Below, in pieces: positions 1-10,546 of a stretch of DNA of 20,494 bases. The notes beneath the pieces were generated by a model, which saw only the letters and a program-made list of their open reading frames with translations, was not told the origin of the DNA and made no database searches. Numbering within the stretch: position 1 is the first letter of the stretch; every line of letters starts with the position of its first letter. The DNA lies in the NCBI RefSeq assembly GCF_006345805.1, contig NW_021823879.1, positions 1 to 20,494 on the forward strand, in the 5' to 3' direction. Source of the stretch: Octopus sinensis (lineage: Eukaryota). The position numbers and the translations under genes are program-made.

Positions 1-19
1 ATCCTATATATATATATAC

Positions 20-63
<44 letters not shown>
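1..63. repeat. (TA)n microsatellite
   Basis: Near-perfect TA run; a second TA run lies at about 255-312. Confidence 0.95.
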
Positions 64-66
<3 letters not shown>

Positions 67-235
67 TGAATATAGTTCAAATTTACAGAAAGCAAGAGAT
101 GAAGGCAGGGGAGGGAACAACAAGCAGGTGTATTAATTTACGCTCGAGAAGTCTTTGACGTTTCGAGCCTGTGCTCTTCGACAGAAAGCGATGAGAAGAA
201 AAATGGAGGGAGGACAACGAAAAAATATCAAATGT
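64..235 (-). mobile_element. Short Penelope-like terminal-repeat fragment (copy A) with a hammerhead-like motif, between (TA)n tracts
   Basis: Homologous to 11339-11520 (shared atagttcaaattta, caagcaggtgta, ctttgacgtttcgagcct..gctct..gacagaaa). Minus strand 188-153 reads CTTT-CTGTCGA-A-GAGC-ACAG-GCTC-GAAAC-GTC-AAAG. Confidence 0.55.
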
Positions 236-257
236 ATAAATATATGATATACAATAT

Positions 258-316
<59 letters not shown>

Positions 317-326
317 GAGAGAGGAC

Positions 327-487
327 TATACGATGGGCATCTTTTCAGTTTCCGGTAACCAAATTCAATCACAGAAACTTAGTCGGTCCTAGGCTATAGT
401 AGAAGACACGTGACCAAGGGGCCATGCAGTAGGACTGAACCCAGGACTATGTGGGTAGGGAACAAACTCCTTACCACACAGCTACGT
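327..487 (-). mobile_element. tRNA-derived SINE family 1, 5' half, diverged
   Basis: Reverse complement aligns by eye to the head of the 2483 and 3313 copies (gctgtgtggtaag...gggttcagtc...gtgtcttctactatagcc...ggaaactgaaa). Confidence 0.85.
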
Positions 488-914
488 CATCGTCAATGAC
501 CAAAAGCATTTTAATTCTGATTTTACTTTAATACGTTTTGATTCCTAATCCAGGATTATCCCGGTTCTCTGTTTATTGAGTTGGCTCCTTTTATTTTCAA
601 GGACTTACTCATTATTTTGTAATTTGGCTGTTTATAGGGTAGTATCATTATTTGGGGGGTTTTGTATTTGGGGGTGGGTTATATCTCTTCAATCTGTGAA
701 ATTAAATTTGTTCGTGTGTGTACGTGTGTGTGTCTGTTTGGGTGTATCGGTGTTGCAAAAAATATAGCACACATACTCATACACATGCATACAGGCGTTC
801 GCTGACACGCATACACACACATGTATATTGAAGGAACACTGTGAAGGACATGGATATTTCGTTTGAAAGCGGCGAGAATGAAAATAGAGCAGGTGGATCA
901 GCAAAAGCGTCGAA

Positions 915-1249
915 CGATGATGATGATGATGATGATAATTATGATGATTATGTTGATGAAGGAAGTAGTAGTGACGATGGTGATAGGTTCATGATGATGG
1001 TGAGGTGGATGATAATGTTGGTGACGATGATGATGACGAGTGAGATGATGATGGTGGTGATGATGATCATGGTAGTGGTGGGGGCGATGGTGATGGTAGT
1101 GATGAAGGCGGTGATGGCGGTGGTAGTGGTAGTGGTGGTGATGGTGGTGGTGACGGTGGTGATGGCAGTCATGGTGATGATGAATGTAACCATGTTTGTT
1201 TTTTTTTTACATTCTATACATTCCTTACATAATTATAGCCAACAACTGA

Positions 1250-1306
<57 letters not shown>

Positions 1307-1593
1307 GCTAATTATAAAAAAAACACTAATTAAAATAATAACAATATCGATGTTTTAAAAACATTCACTACAACTAGAAATATATATTAACAATATTAAA
1401 GAATATAAAAATATTCATTGTAATAACAGCATCAACAACAACAACAACAACGAAAAGAGTAATAATTCCTGACAAACAACTGGGAATGTTCCACCCGGAA
1501 ATTAACGGCGTCACTGCTACCACCAGCGCTATTCCTACTACTACGACGACGACGGCGACCATCATCACCACCACTACCACCGCCATCATTGCA

Positions 1594-1656
<63 letters not shown>

Positions 1657-1693
1657 AATAATGATAATAATAATGATAATAGTAATAATAATA

Positions 1694-1726
<33 letters not shown>

Positions 1727-1750
1727 TGATAATGATGAATTATAATAATA

Positions 1751-1781
<31 letters not shown>

Positions 1782-1927
1782 GATAAAATGATAATAATAA
1801 TGATAATAATAATGAAATAATAATAATGATAATAATAATGATAATAATAATGATAATAGTAATAATAATAATAATAATATAATAATAATATAATAATAAT
1901 AAAATAATAATAATAACAATGATTATA
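915..1927. repeat. Compound trinucleotide low-complexity region: (GAT/GGT)n 915-1190, (AAT)n 1251-1305, (CAA/ACT/ACC)n 1430-1590, (AAT/GAT)n 1593-1927
   Basis: Directly visible; accounts for the poly-M/V/N/I ORFs in the track. Confidence 0.95.
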
Positions 1928-2482
1928 ATAATCAAAAATGTTATTGAAGCAATACATGCTTGAGCAGTACCTGTAATCAGATATGGAGCTGGAATTGTAG
2001 ACTGGTCCAAAAATGACATACAGAAATTTGACCGAAAAACTGGAAAGCTCTTGACAATGTATGGAGCCCACCATCCGAAAGCTGATATCAACCGGCTGCA
2101 CTTGAAGAGAGACTAGGGTGGAAGAGGCTTAATTGCAGTGGCTGAGTTTGTACAGATGGAAAGATGGAAAGCTTATAAGAATATTTACAGAACAGCACAG
2201 AGAAAGTACTGAAGATTGTGAATAAGGAACAAGTGATTAAGTGAGGAAAAGGAGAAAAGGAGAAGAATGAAAGACAAAGAGAGACCTTTGTATGGTCAAT
2301 TTTGGAAAACCACTAAAGATGTATGTGGAAGAAAATCCTGGGCTTGGTTAAAAGAAAGAGTAATTACAAAAAGAAACAGGAAGCCTAATTATAGCAGCCC
2401 AGGATCAAGCGATAAAAACAAACAACTTGAGGGAAAATGTATACGAGTATATATGTCAGTATATGTGTCAGGAAAATGAAGA

Positions 2483-2673
2483 GGCGCAGGAGTGGCTGTG
2501 TGGTAAGTAGCTTGCTAACCAACCACATGGTTCCGGGTTCAGTCCCACTGCGTGGCATTTTGGGCAAGTGTCTTCTGCTATAGCCCCGGGCCGACCAATG
2601 CCTTGTGAATGGATTTTGTAGACGGAAACTGAAAGAAGCCTGTCGTATATATGTGTCGTATATATGTGTGTCG

Positions 2674-2752
<79 letters not shown>

Positions 2753-2952
2753 TTGTGTATCTGTGTTTGTCCCCCTAGCATTGGTTGACAACTGATGCTG
2801 GTGTGTTTACGTACCCGTCACTTAGCGGTTCGGCAAAAAAGACCGATAGAATAAGTACTAGGCTTACAAAGAATAAATCCCGGGGTCGATTTGCTCGACT
2901 AAAGGCGGTGCTCCAGCATGGCCGCAGTCAAATGACTGAAACAAGTAAAAGA
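2483..2952 (+). mobile_element. tRNA-derived SINE family 1, full length, with internal (TA)/(TG) microsatellite
   Basis: A-box-like TGGCTGTGTGG and B-box-like GGTTCAGTCCC; 3' part ends ccagcatggccgcagtcaaatgactgaaacaagtaaaaga; close paralogues at 3313 and 7930. Confidence 0.92.
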
Positions 2953-3312
2953 AAAAAAAAGTCTATGAAACTTGGAACGAGACAGTGGCACACATTGTTG
3001 CAGAATGTCCTAAGTTGGCCCAGGAAGAATATAAAAAATGGAGGCATGGCCAAGATGTAAAGGTTTTATACCGGAAGCCTTGCCAGAAATGGGCATTTGA
3101 AGCTGGAGACACATGCTATGAACATCGGGCGGAAAGAGTGCTGGAGTCAGAGAAACGTAAGATTCTGTTTGTATTTCCTATTCAAACTGACAAGAAGCTA
3201 GAAAATAATAGACCAGACATGATAATAGACAAGCAAATGCGAAGCTGCTTACTAATTGATTCATCATGGCCGTTGATTCCAAGATTGAAAGAAGACGTAA
3301 AACAAAAAAATA

Positions 3313-3729
3313 GGCGTAGGAGTGGCTGTGTGGTAAGTGGCTTGCTTACGAACCACATGGTTCCGGGTTCAGTCCACTGCGTGGCATCTTGGGCAAATGT
3401 CTTCTACTATAGCCTCAGGCCGACCAAAGCCTTGTGAGTGGATTTGGTAGACGGAAACTGAAAGAAGCCCGTCGTATATATGTATATATATATATGTATG
3501 TGTATATGTTTGTGTGTCTGTGTTTGTCCCCCCATTCAACATCGCATGACAACCGATGCTGGTGTGCTTACGTCCCCGTAACTTAGCGGTTCGGCAAAAG
3601 TGAGACCGATAGAATAAGTACTAGGCTTACAAAGAATAAGTCCTGGGGTAGATTTGCTCCACTAAAAAAAAGGTGGTGCTCCAGCATGGCCGCAGTCAAA
3701 TGACTGAAACAAGTAAAAGAGTAAAGAGT
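3313..3729 (+). mobile_element. tRNA-derived SINE family 1, full length
   Basis: Highly similar to 2483-2952 along its length; inserted inside the LINE nuclease region. Confidence 0.92.
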
Positions 3730-4583
3730 AATCCCTTAAAATTTGAAATTGCAAGAATTTGGAATATGAATATTGTAAAGGTGTGTCTATCATAATTGAT
3801 GCATTGGAAACTATATGCAAAGATACAGACGAATGATGGAAAGACATTGGAATAGAATACTAACGTAGAGGCTTTCTCGTTCATTCATTATACAGTAAAC
3901 TTAGATTAGACGAATGGAATTCAGTTATCGGATTAGTTAGATTTGGCGGAAGCCATTTTAACTAACAAACGGTGGTGGTGGTGATGCTGGTGGTGGTAGT
4001 TGACAGAGGAGAAGATTAGATTAGAAAAGCGTCAGTAAACAATTCGTGTTAGAAAACAATAGATTAGAGACGGATTTAGCAGACAGAGAATTTCTCAACA
4101 TTTTTACCTCAGCGTTCCTTTTCTTCGAATTGAGTTTTACAAATGCTTATTACCCATGTTTTGTAATAACAAGAATAAATTATTTTTGATGGAATATAGA
4201 AGCTAACTTTGTACAGAAGCTTATCATTATTTTCTTCTATATCCCATCCAAGGGCCTCGTCTCCGAAAAAGCGGGCGTTTCAAAGCCGTGCAGGACGACG
4301 TATACGATGCAGCTGCAAGTTGTGCTCTCTTGCTCGGTTGCTACTCACTTGCGCTTCGTTCATTCCCTTCTTTGCTTCGATTTTCGGAGCAGAAACGGGC
4401 GTGAACCGTCTTACCTCTCCGGTTTCCACACAATTCCTCGTATCTCTTCGGTGGCTGCCGCCGCCGCCGCATCAGTAGATACCTTTATAGATACCTTTGT
4501 TGAATTTTTCTGGAAATTTAGTAATTCTCATAAAAGATCAAATCTAGAAGCACAACGTGAGGATATAATATAATGAAGTTATT

Positions 4584-4740
4584 ATAGGCACAAGGCCTGA
4601 AATTTGGGGCGAGGGAGGCAAGTTAATCACATTGACCCCAGTGCTCAACTGGTACTTATTTTTATCGACACTGATAAATTCGTTGACGGAATTTGAAATC
4701 AGAAAATAAATCAGAACGAAATGTCGCTAAGCTTTTGGTG
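4584..4740 (-). mobile_element. tRNA-derived SINE family 2, diverged partial copy
   Basis: Reverse complement matches the family-2 3' half (cgataaaaataagtaccagttgagcactggggtc...aaatttcaggccttgtgcc), as at 16690-16770. Confidence 0.8.
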
Positions 4741-5163
4741 TTGACTTACAATACAACGTCTAATTAATGTCTTAAACCCAGCAAAGATCTCTTTTCATTC
4801 TTTCAAAGATGTGTTTCAAATATATGTATTTGGTTAAATTATATTTGGTTCAAATATACGTATTTGGTTAAAATAGTTTATTTTGAGAAAAATCCAACCT
4901 CTCTAAACACTCGTTGTACAGCCTTTAAACTTTTCCTGACCCCTTAAGAACCAAATAGAAACCTTCACGACGAGGACGATGCAGTGTTAATTAGGAACAA
5001 TTGGCGAGTAATAATGGTCCATGATCATTCTTTGTACTGAAGCAAATAACTTCAGAGAAGACGATTAGAAATCGGTTCGAAGGCCTCATGTTGTAGAGAA
5101 GTGATTTGATAACAAAGGGAAGTTATAGTGTTTGGCGGCTCGCAATGAGTTTTGTAATGTTCG

Positions 5164-5250
5164 ATTGTAAACAAGTATATACAATTTTCCAGCAAAACAT
5201 TGTAAACAAGTATATACAATTTTTCAGCAAAACATTGTAAACAAGTGTAT
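5164..5250. repeat. 35-bp tandem repeat, about 2.5 units
   Basis: Unit ATTGTAAACAAGTATATACAATTTTYCAGCAAAAC starts at 5164, 5199 and (partial) 5234. Confidence 0.95.
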
Positions 5251-5904
5251 GTGAGTTTTCTGGAGAACAATACATAACGACCAGTTAAACGATCAAAAGC
5301 ATTGCAGTTACCGTCCTACACTACGTGTTATGTAAATAATATTATTTAACATGCTCTTTCCTAATTTAGAACTGTAGACTGTTATATAAGAACGATGTGG
5401 CTGCTATTTCTTGCTAATCGAGTGACCACGTGGAGGTTCTATAATTGAAGTCTGTCAACCGTTAAGCCTACTTTGACAGTTTGCCACACTAGTTAGCAAA
5501 AGAGACGGAGTAAAGTTATGCAAGGTCGCTCGCACGGGTAATAAAAAGTGTGGTTGCGCAAGGGATAAACAGTCTTGATTGTCTCCCTTGTAATTATGCA
5601 AGGCTGCTCTTTCCTGTTGCGTTTGATCTACGACATAACAAGCGGCAGCTAATTGAGGAGGGATGCATTCAGGGTTGCGTGAACTGGAGACTGATGGCGT
5701 GATGGCGTGATACATTCGACGGCAATGGTAAGGAAGGACGGGGACAAGCGGTGGTGGTGGTGGTGGTGGTGGGCGTTTGGTGGATGGTGTTTAATACAGA
5801 ACTGTGTTAAATACACGGTTACAGACATTTTGACCAATGCATGAGCGATTAGTTTAGGTGTACCGGACAGCCACAAACCTACATGATTTCGAAAACATAG
5901 ACAT

Positions 5905-6025
5905 ACATACATATAGACATATGTATGTACATACATACATACACCTATACATAATCATATATATATCCATAACATAGATATATATGGAATGGGTGCGTAG
6001 CTGTATATACATATATAAATATATA

Positions 6026-6123
<98 letters not shown>

Positions 6124-6569
6124 GAATTAAAGAGAATGCTATACAACTTCGTAATAATCCTTACTTTTATTGTTGATATATATATATACACATATAAACA
6201 TACATACATGTATATAGACACACACATATTCGGCATATATATATACATACATATATTTATATATCTACAGGCATGTATATATATATATGTATGTATACAT
6301 GCTTGTGTGCGTGAGTGTGTATGTATATACATGTGTATATGTATGACTGTGTATGTGTTTTTGTGAGGAGGGGGCAAAAATAATCCAGTAAGCAGTAAAG
6401 CAGGACAAACTCATAATAATAATAATAATAATGATGATGATGATGAAAACAATAACAATAATGACTTCTTTTATTAGCCACAGGGCCATAGATGAGCGGG
6501 ACTCACTCATATATGTACACATATATATATATACATACATGTATATATATATATATAATATATACATAC

Positions 6570-6602
<33 letters not shown>

Positions 6603-6893
6603 CATACATGATATATATATATATTTATACATACATACATATAACATAAAACATACATATATATATATATATAATACAAACATATATATAACATATATAT
6701 ATATACATACAAAAATATATATACATATATATACATACAAAAACATATATATACAATATACATACAAACACATATATTATATATGTACATACAAACATAT
6801 ATATATATATATATACATACAAACATATATATATATACATATATATATACATACATATATATATACATACATATATATATACCTATATATATA

Positions 6894-6940
<47 letters not shown>

Positions 6941-7007
6941 GGTTATTCTAATTAAGAATACACACATTCACATGAACACTCAAGTACACACACACACACA
7001 CATAAAT

Positions 7008-7038
<31 letters not shown>

Positions 7039-7140
7039 TGCGCGCACACACACACACATACACACAAATGCGCGCGCGCACACCCACACACACACACCAC
7101 ACACACACACGCACACACACACACACACACACACATACAA
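5905..7140. repeat. Compound (AT)/(AC) microsatellite field
   Basis: Directly visible; gives the YIYI and HTHT ORFs. Confidence 0.95.
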
Positions 7141-7499
7141 AAGTAGGCACACGATACAATACAATAAAGACAGTTACATATTTCATTGCAGAGTGGCCTT
7201 TGGTGTGTTTGAAGTGTCATTGTTAAAAACAAAAACCATAGTGGAGAGAGGATAGTGACGGTGGTGGGTGTTGGTGGGTGGGATGCGGGGATGCTGTGGA
7301 GGTGGAGGAGCCGGGTGGAGCACGGTGTTACGTGGAGCGGGAGTGGTGTAGGTAGGTAGGTAGATAAGTGGTGCGGTGGTTATGAAAGGAATTAAATGGA
7401 AAAAGTAATAATGAAAATGAAGGAAGCCATATATAAAGAAAAAAAACATACTTTTAATTCCATGCGATAATTGAGCTGCTACAGTTTATTAATAACTAT

Positions 7500-7920
7500 T
7501 AGAGGTGGTGGCGGTGGTGGTGGTGGTGGTGGTGGTGGATGGTGGTGGTGGTAGTGGTGGTGGTTGTGGTGGTGGTGCTGGTGGTGCTGGTGGTGGTGCT
7601 GGTGGTGGTGGAGGTGGTGATGGAGGTTGTTTTTGTCATTGATGCTGTTCTTTTTGGTAGTGTTAGTGATAGTGTTGTTGATGGGGATGGTGGTGGTGCT
7701 GACGATGGTGGTGAATACAGTGGTGGCGATGTTGGATATGGTGGTGGTGGTGGTGGTGGTGACGGCGGCGACGTTGACGGTGAGAATGGTATTGTTGTTG
7801 TTGTTGGTGGTGGTGGGGTGGTTTCTTATTTACATCGTTTTTGTTGTGCTGCTGCTGCTACTGCTACTGCTGTTAGTAAAATTGGTGGTGGTGGTCGTGG
7901 CAGTCACGGTGTTGCTGTTG
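7500..7920. repeat. (GGT)n-rich low-complexity tract
   Basis: Degenerate GGT/GTT/GCT triplets. Confidence 0.9.
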
Positions 7921-7929
7921 GCAGCCTTG

Positions 7930-8156
7930 TATGTGTGTGTGTATGTGTTTGTACGTCTGTGTTTGTCCCCCTAGCATTGCTTCACAACCGATGCTGGTGT
8001 GTTTACGTCCCCGTCACTTAGCGGTTCGGCAAAAGAGACCGACAGAATAAGTACTAGGCTTACAAAGAATAAGTCCTGGGGTCGATTTGCTCGACTAAAG
8101 GCGGTGCTCCAGCATGGCCGCAGTCAAATGACTGAAACAAGTAAATGAGTAAAAGA
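7930..8156 (+). mobile_element. SINE family 1, 3' half, followed by a (GA)n tail
   Basis: Near-identical to 2745-2952; a further diverged 3'-end fragment follows at about 8171-8280. Confidence 0.9.
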
Positions 8157-9050
8157 GAGAGAGAGAGAGAATAAGTATTAAGCTTAAAAACTAAGTCTTG
8201 CAGTGGATTTATATGGCTAAAATACTACAAGGCGGTACCCCAGCATGGCGGCAATCAAATGACTGAAGCAAATTAAGGAATATATATATCGCGGTTCACC
8301 TACCGCGGTTTATTAATTAAGCTTACGCCGATTCTTCTGTGGTGTTGTTTTGCATTTATAATTAAACAAATCTTTATATATATAAAACTGAGAATGTGTG
8401 TCTGTCTGTCTGTGTGTTTCCCTAAAACTTGATAACTACACAACCAATTTCATTCAAATTTTACACATGCCTTACTTAGGGTCCAGGGAGTGTCATCGGC
8501 AAAAACATTTTGAACCTTTTCCCTAGGGCGAGCCCATAGCAATATCATATCTTCTCCACTATTTCAGTATTACGTGTTAAATGTGAAACAAAAACGTTTC
8601 TCTATTTTATGTCAGATACTTTCACTTTAACAATAAATATAATAATAACAATTGAATTATATGTAGTAAGTAATAATTAAAATCAAACTAAAGTAACATA
8701 ACAAAAGTAAAAATAGCAATTCGTATAAAATTGCATCAATGATTTGAACTTAAATAAGTGGTTTCACATGAATGGGAATAAATCAAAAATAAAATTAGCG
8801 TGCAGAAATGAAATAGTCCAGATGGATAATAAAAAATTAAATTAAAGAAAAGACTATTGTCTATAAAGTATACAATGTAGAGAAAAAAGGTCGCGTTTTT
8901 TGCGCTCTGTAAAATTCGGTTAAAAAGAAACAACAAGAAGTGAATTGTGGTTGCGGAATTGGAACGTCGGTTGGTGCGGTTTCGCGTCGCACTGGTTCTG
9001 TGCGTCGCACGTTTTCTGTTCGGGAGGCCGTTTTTCGGTCTGAGGCGACT

Positions 9051-10405
9051 ATGAGCCGCCTCTACCAAACGGATGAGATGGAAGGGAGAAATTTCTCTGA
9101 AAATTCGTCGACATCTGAGGAGGAGTTGGCGGTAAAAAAATGGAAAGCACCTATGCAGGTATAACGAAGAAGTCAACAGAAAAAGAGATAGACCTGGCTA
9201 AGTTGACGGACTTCCAGGAGTTCATGAAGGAGGAGGAGAACGGAGAGGTTGAGCTGTTGCCTCTAGCAGGGCGCGGAGACTGGTTCCATCGTAGAACCAT
9301 TAAATATAAAGTATTTATGAATGGAGGTAGAAAAATGGAAGTGATTAACATGGAAGCAATTGAAGAGGCTTTCAAACGGACAGGAGAAGAAATTGTGTAC
9401 ATGACAAAAGGATTAGAATATGGAACCATAACGGTACAATTTAAAAGTGAGAAAGCAGCCAGGAATATAGCAGCCAAGGTGGTGAGTACAGAAAAGTTTT
9501 ACTTGTTCCCCTCGTATTTGAATAGAAGGACCACCAGAATTAGGGTGGAAGGAATACCTCCACACCTAGAGGGCGAATTAATAACGGCTGCGGTTATCAA
9601 AGGAAATGAGATAAAGTGGACATCCTCCACGCCATTATGAAATATGAAGGCGTGAGAGGTGCCACACTAGTAATGAACATACAGACGGAGGCGGAAGTTA
9701 TAGAAAAGCTTACGGACAGTATAAAAACTGGAAATTTTTATGAGAGTGTGGGTGGAGGGTAGGGCGCCCAGGTGCTACAAGTGTGGCATGAGGGGTCACA
9801 TAAGAGCCTACTGCCCTCCACCACTAAAGGAAAAAGAAAAGGAAATCGTCGCGGAAGCCCAAAAGAGGAAGAAACCAAAGAGAACCAAAGGGAAAAAGAA
9901 ACGACAGAAGAAGAGGAGATGCAACAAGAGTGGGAAGAAGGAAGAAAAAAGAGAAAAAGAAAAAAAAGAAAAACTGTGCGAAGCCCCAACCCACCCCAAC
10001 ACCACCCGCACCCTCTGAATCCCACCCTTCCCCTGCAGACAGTGAACCCACCCGCTCCCCTCCAACAAGAAAACAAAAGAAAAATAACAATACAGACAGA
10101 CGAGTTTGAAAACGAACCCAGGCCGAACATTTATATTGTGACTGAACAGAAGAGGGTGAAAGGTAATGGAGGAGTATGAATGGTATGAAATGGATGGGAC
10201 CAGATATGCAGTGCTGGAAAAGAAGAATATAGATGAGTTTGTGTTGAGGTGTGAAAGGGAGAATTGGGAGGTGAAAGATACAAGAATGAGCGATGAATTC
10301 GTGGAATATATGGAGGACAGTTTCGGAGTAAGAATGGATATGGATGGTCTTCGTATTGGGAATGAACATTCAGGTGACAGTGAAAACAAAAGGACAGGTA
10401 AGTGA
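9051..10405 (+). pseudogene. LINE ORF1/gag-like nucleic-acid-binding protein (Tx1/L1-type: RRM-like regions, CCHC zinc knuckle, charged tail), about 450 aa once five indels are corrected
   Basis: Segments 9051-9139, 9140-9612, 9613-9739, 9740-9862, 9865-10158 and 10160-10405 join with no in-frame stops. Motifs: TYAGITKK, GTITVQFKSEKAA, RTTRIRVEGIPPHL, MRVWVEGRAPR-CYKCGMRGHIRAYC (C-x2-C-x4-H-x4-C at 9773-9814), WEEGRKKRKRKK. Confidence 0.8.
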
Positions 10406-10540
10406 TGCTGGCGGAGGGGGCGTTAGCATCGCTTTCATATTATCATTTTTTTCATTTTCATTTGCTCATAAATTTAATCATATTGTTCTATGTCCCCCAT
10501 GTTTTGTTATGTCCGCCATTCTTCGTAGCCCCTGGTGGGT

Positions 10541-10546
10541 AATAAA
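10541..10546 (+). terminator. Candidate polyadenylation signal AATAAA ending the ORF1-only unit
   Basis: AATAAAGAAATAAC lies about 135 nt after the ORF stop, following a T-rich 3' UTR. Confidence 0.5.

Larger units (their letters stand above)
1928..3865 (+). mobile_element. Decayed non-LTR retrotransposon fragment with restriction-like endonuclease (R4/Dong-like), in three pieces: 1928-2482, 2961-3310, 3730-3865
   Basis: Manual translation gives the RT C-terminal region AIHA*AVPVIRYGAGIVDW...DRKTGKLLTM..HPKADINRLHLKR..GGRGL and KETGSLIIAAQDQAIKTN, the CCHC/RHD-like region ETVAHIVAECPKLAQEEYKKWRH, the nuclease core NNRPDMIIDK..CLLID, and LKFEIARIWNM. Stops and frameshifts are present. Confidence 0.85.

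Noticed and set aside
715-835. (TG)-rich followed by (CA)-rich stretch as a pre-miRNA hairpin
   Set aside because: Pairing comes only from degenerate microsatellites; there is no defined stem.
841-2101. Long ORFs with poly-D/M/V/N/I/Y runs
   Set aside because: They are translations of trinucleotide microsatellites, open in several frames on both strands.
2483-2560. tRNA gene candidates at SINE heads (also 3313, 11726, 16560)
   Set aside because: A/B boxes are present, but there is no complete cloverleaf and each continues into a SINE body.
5164-5250. CRISPR-like 35-bp repeats (also the 17-bp array at 14579)
   Set aside because: Units are contiguous with no unique spacers, there are no cas genes, and the context is eukaryotic.
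5854-7232. Many overlapping YIYI/CVCV/HTHT ORFs (also 11810-13659 and 17547-18849)
   Set aside because: Di- and tetranucleotide repeats lack stop codons; no coding signal.
9134-9140. Programmed -1 frameshift at A-AAA-AAA
   Set aside because: Four further indels downstream cannot be explained this way and no stimulatory structure was evident; homopolymer indel is simpler.
9738-10389. Minus-strand ORFs of 130-193 aa
   Set aside because: They are antisense shadows of the purine-rich ORF1 tail.
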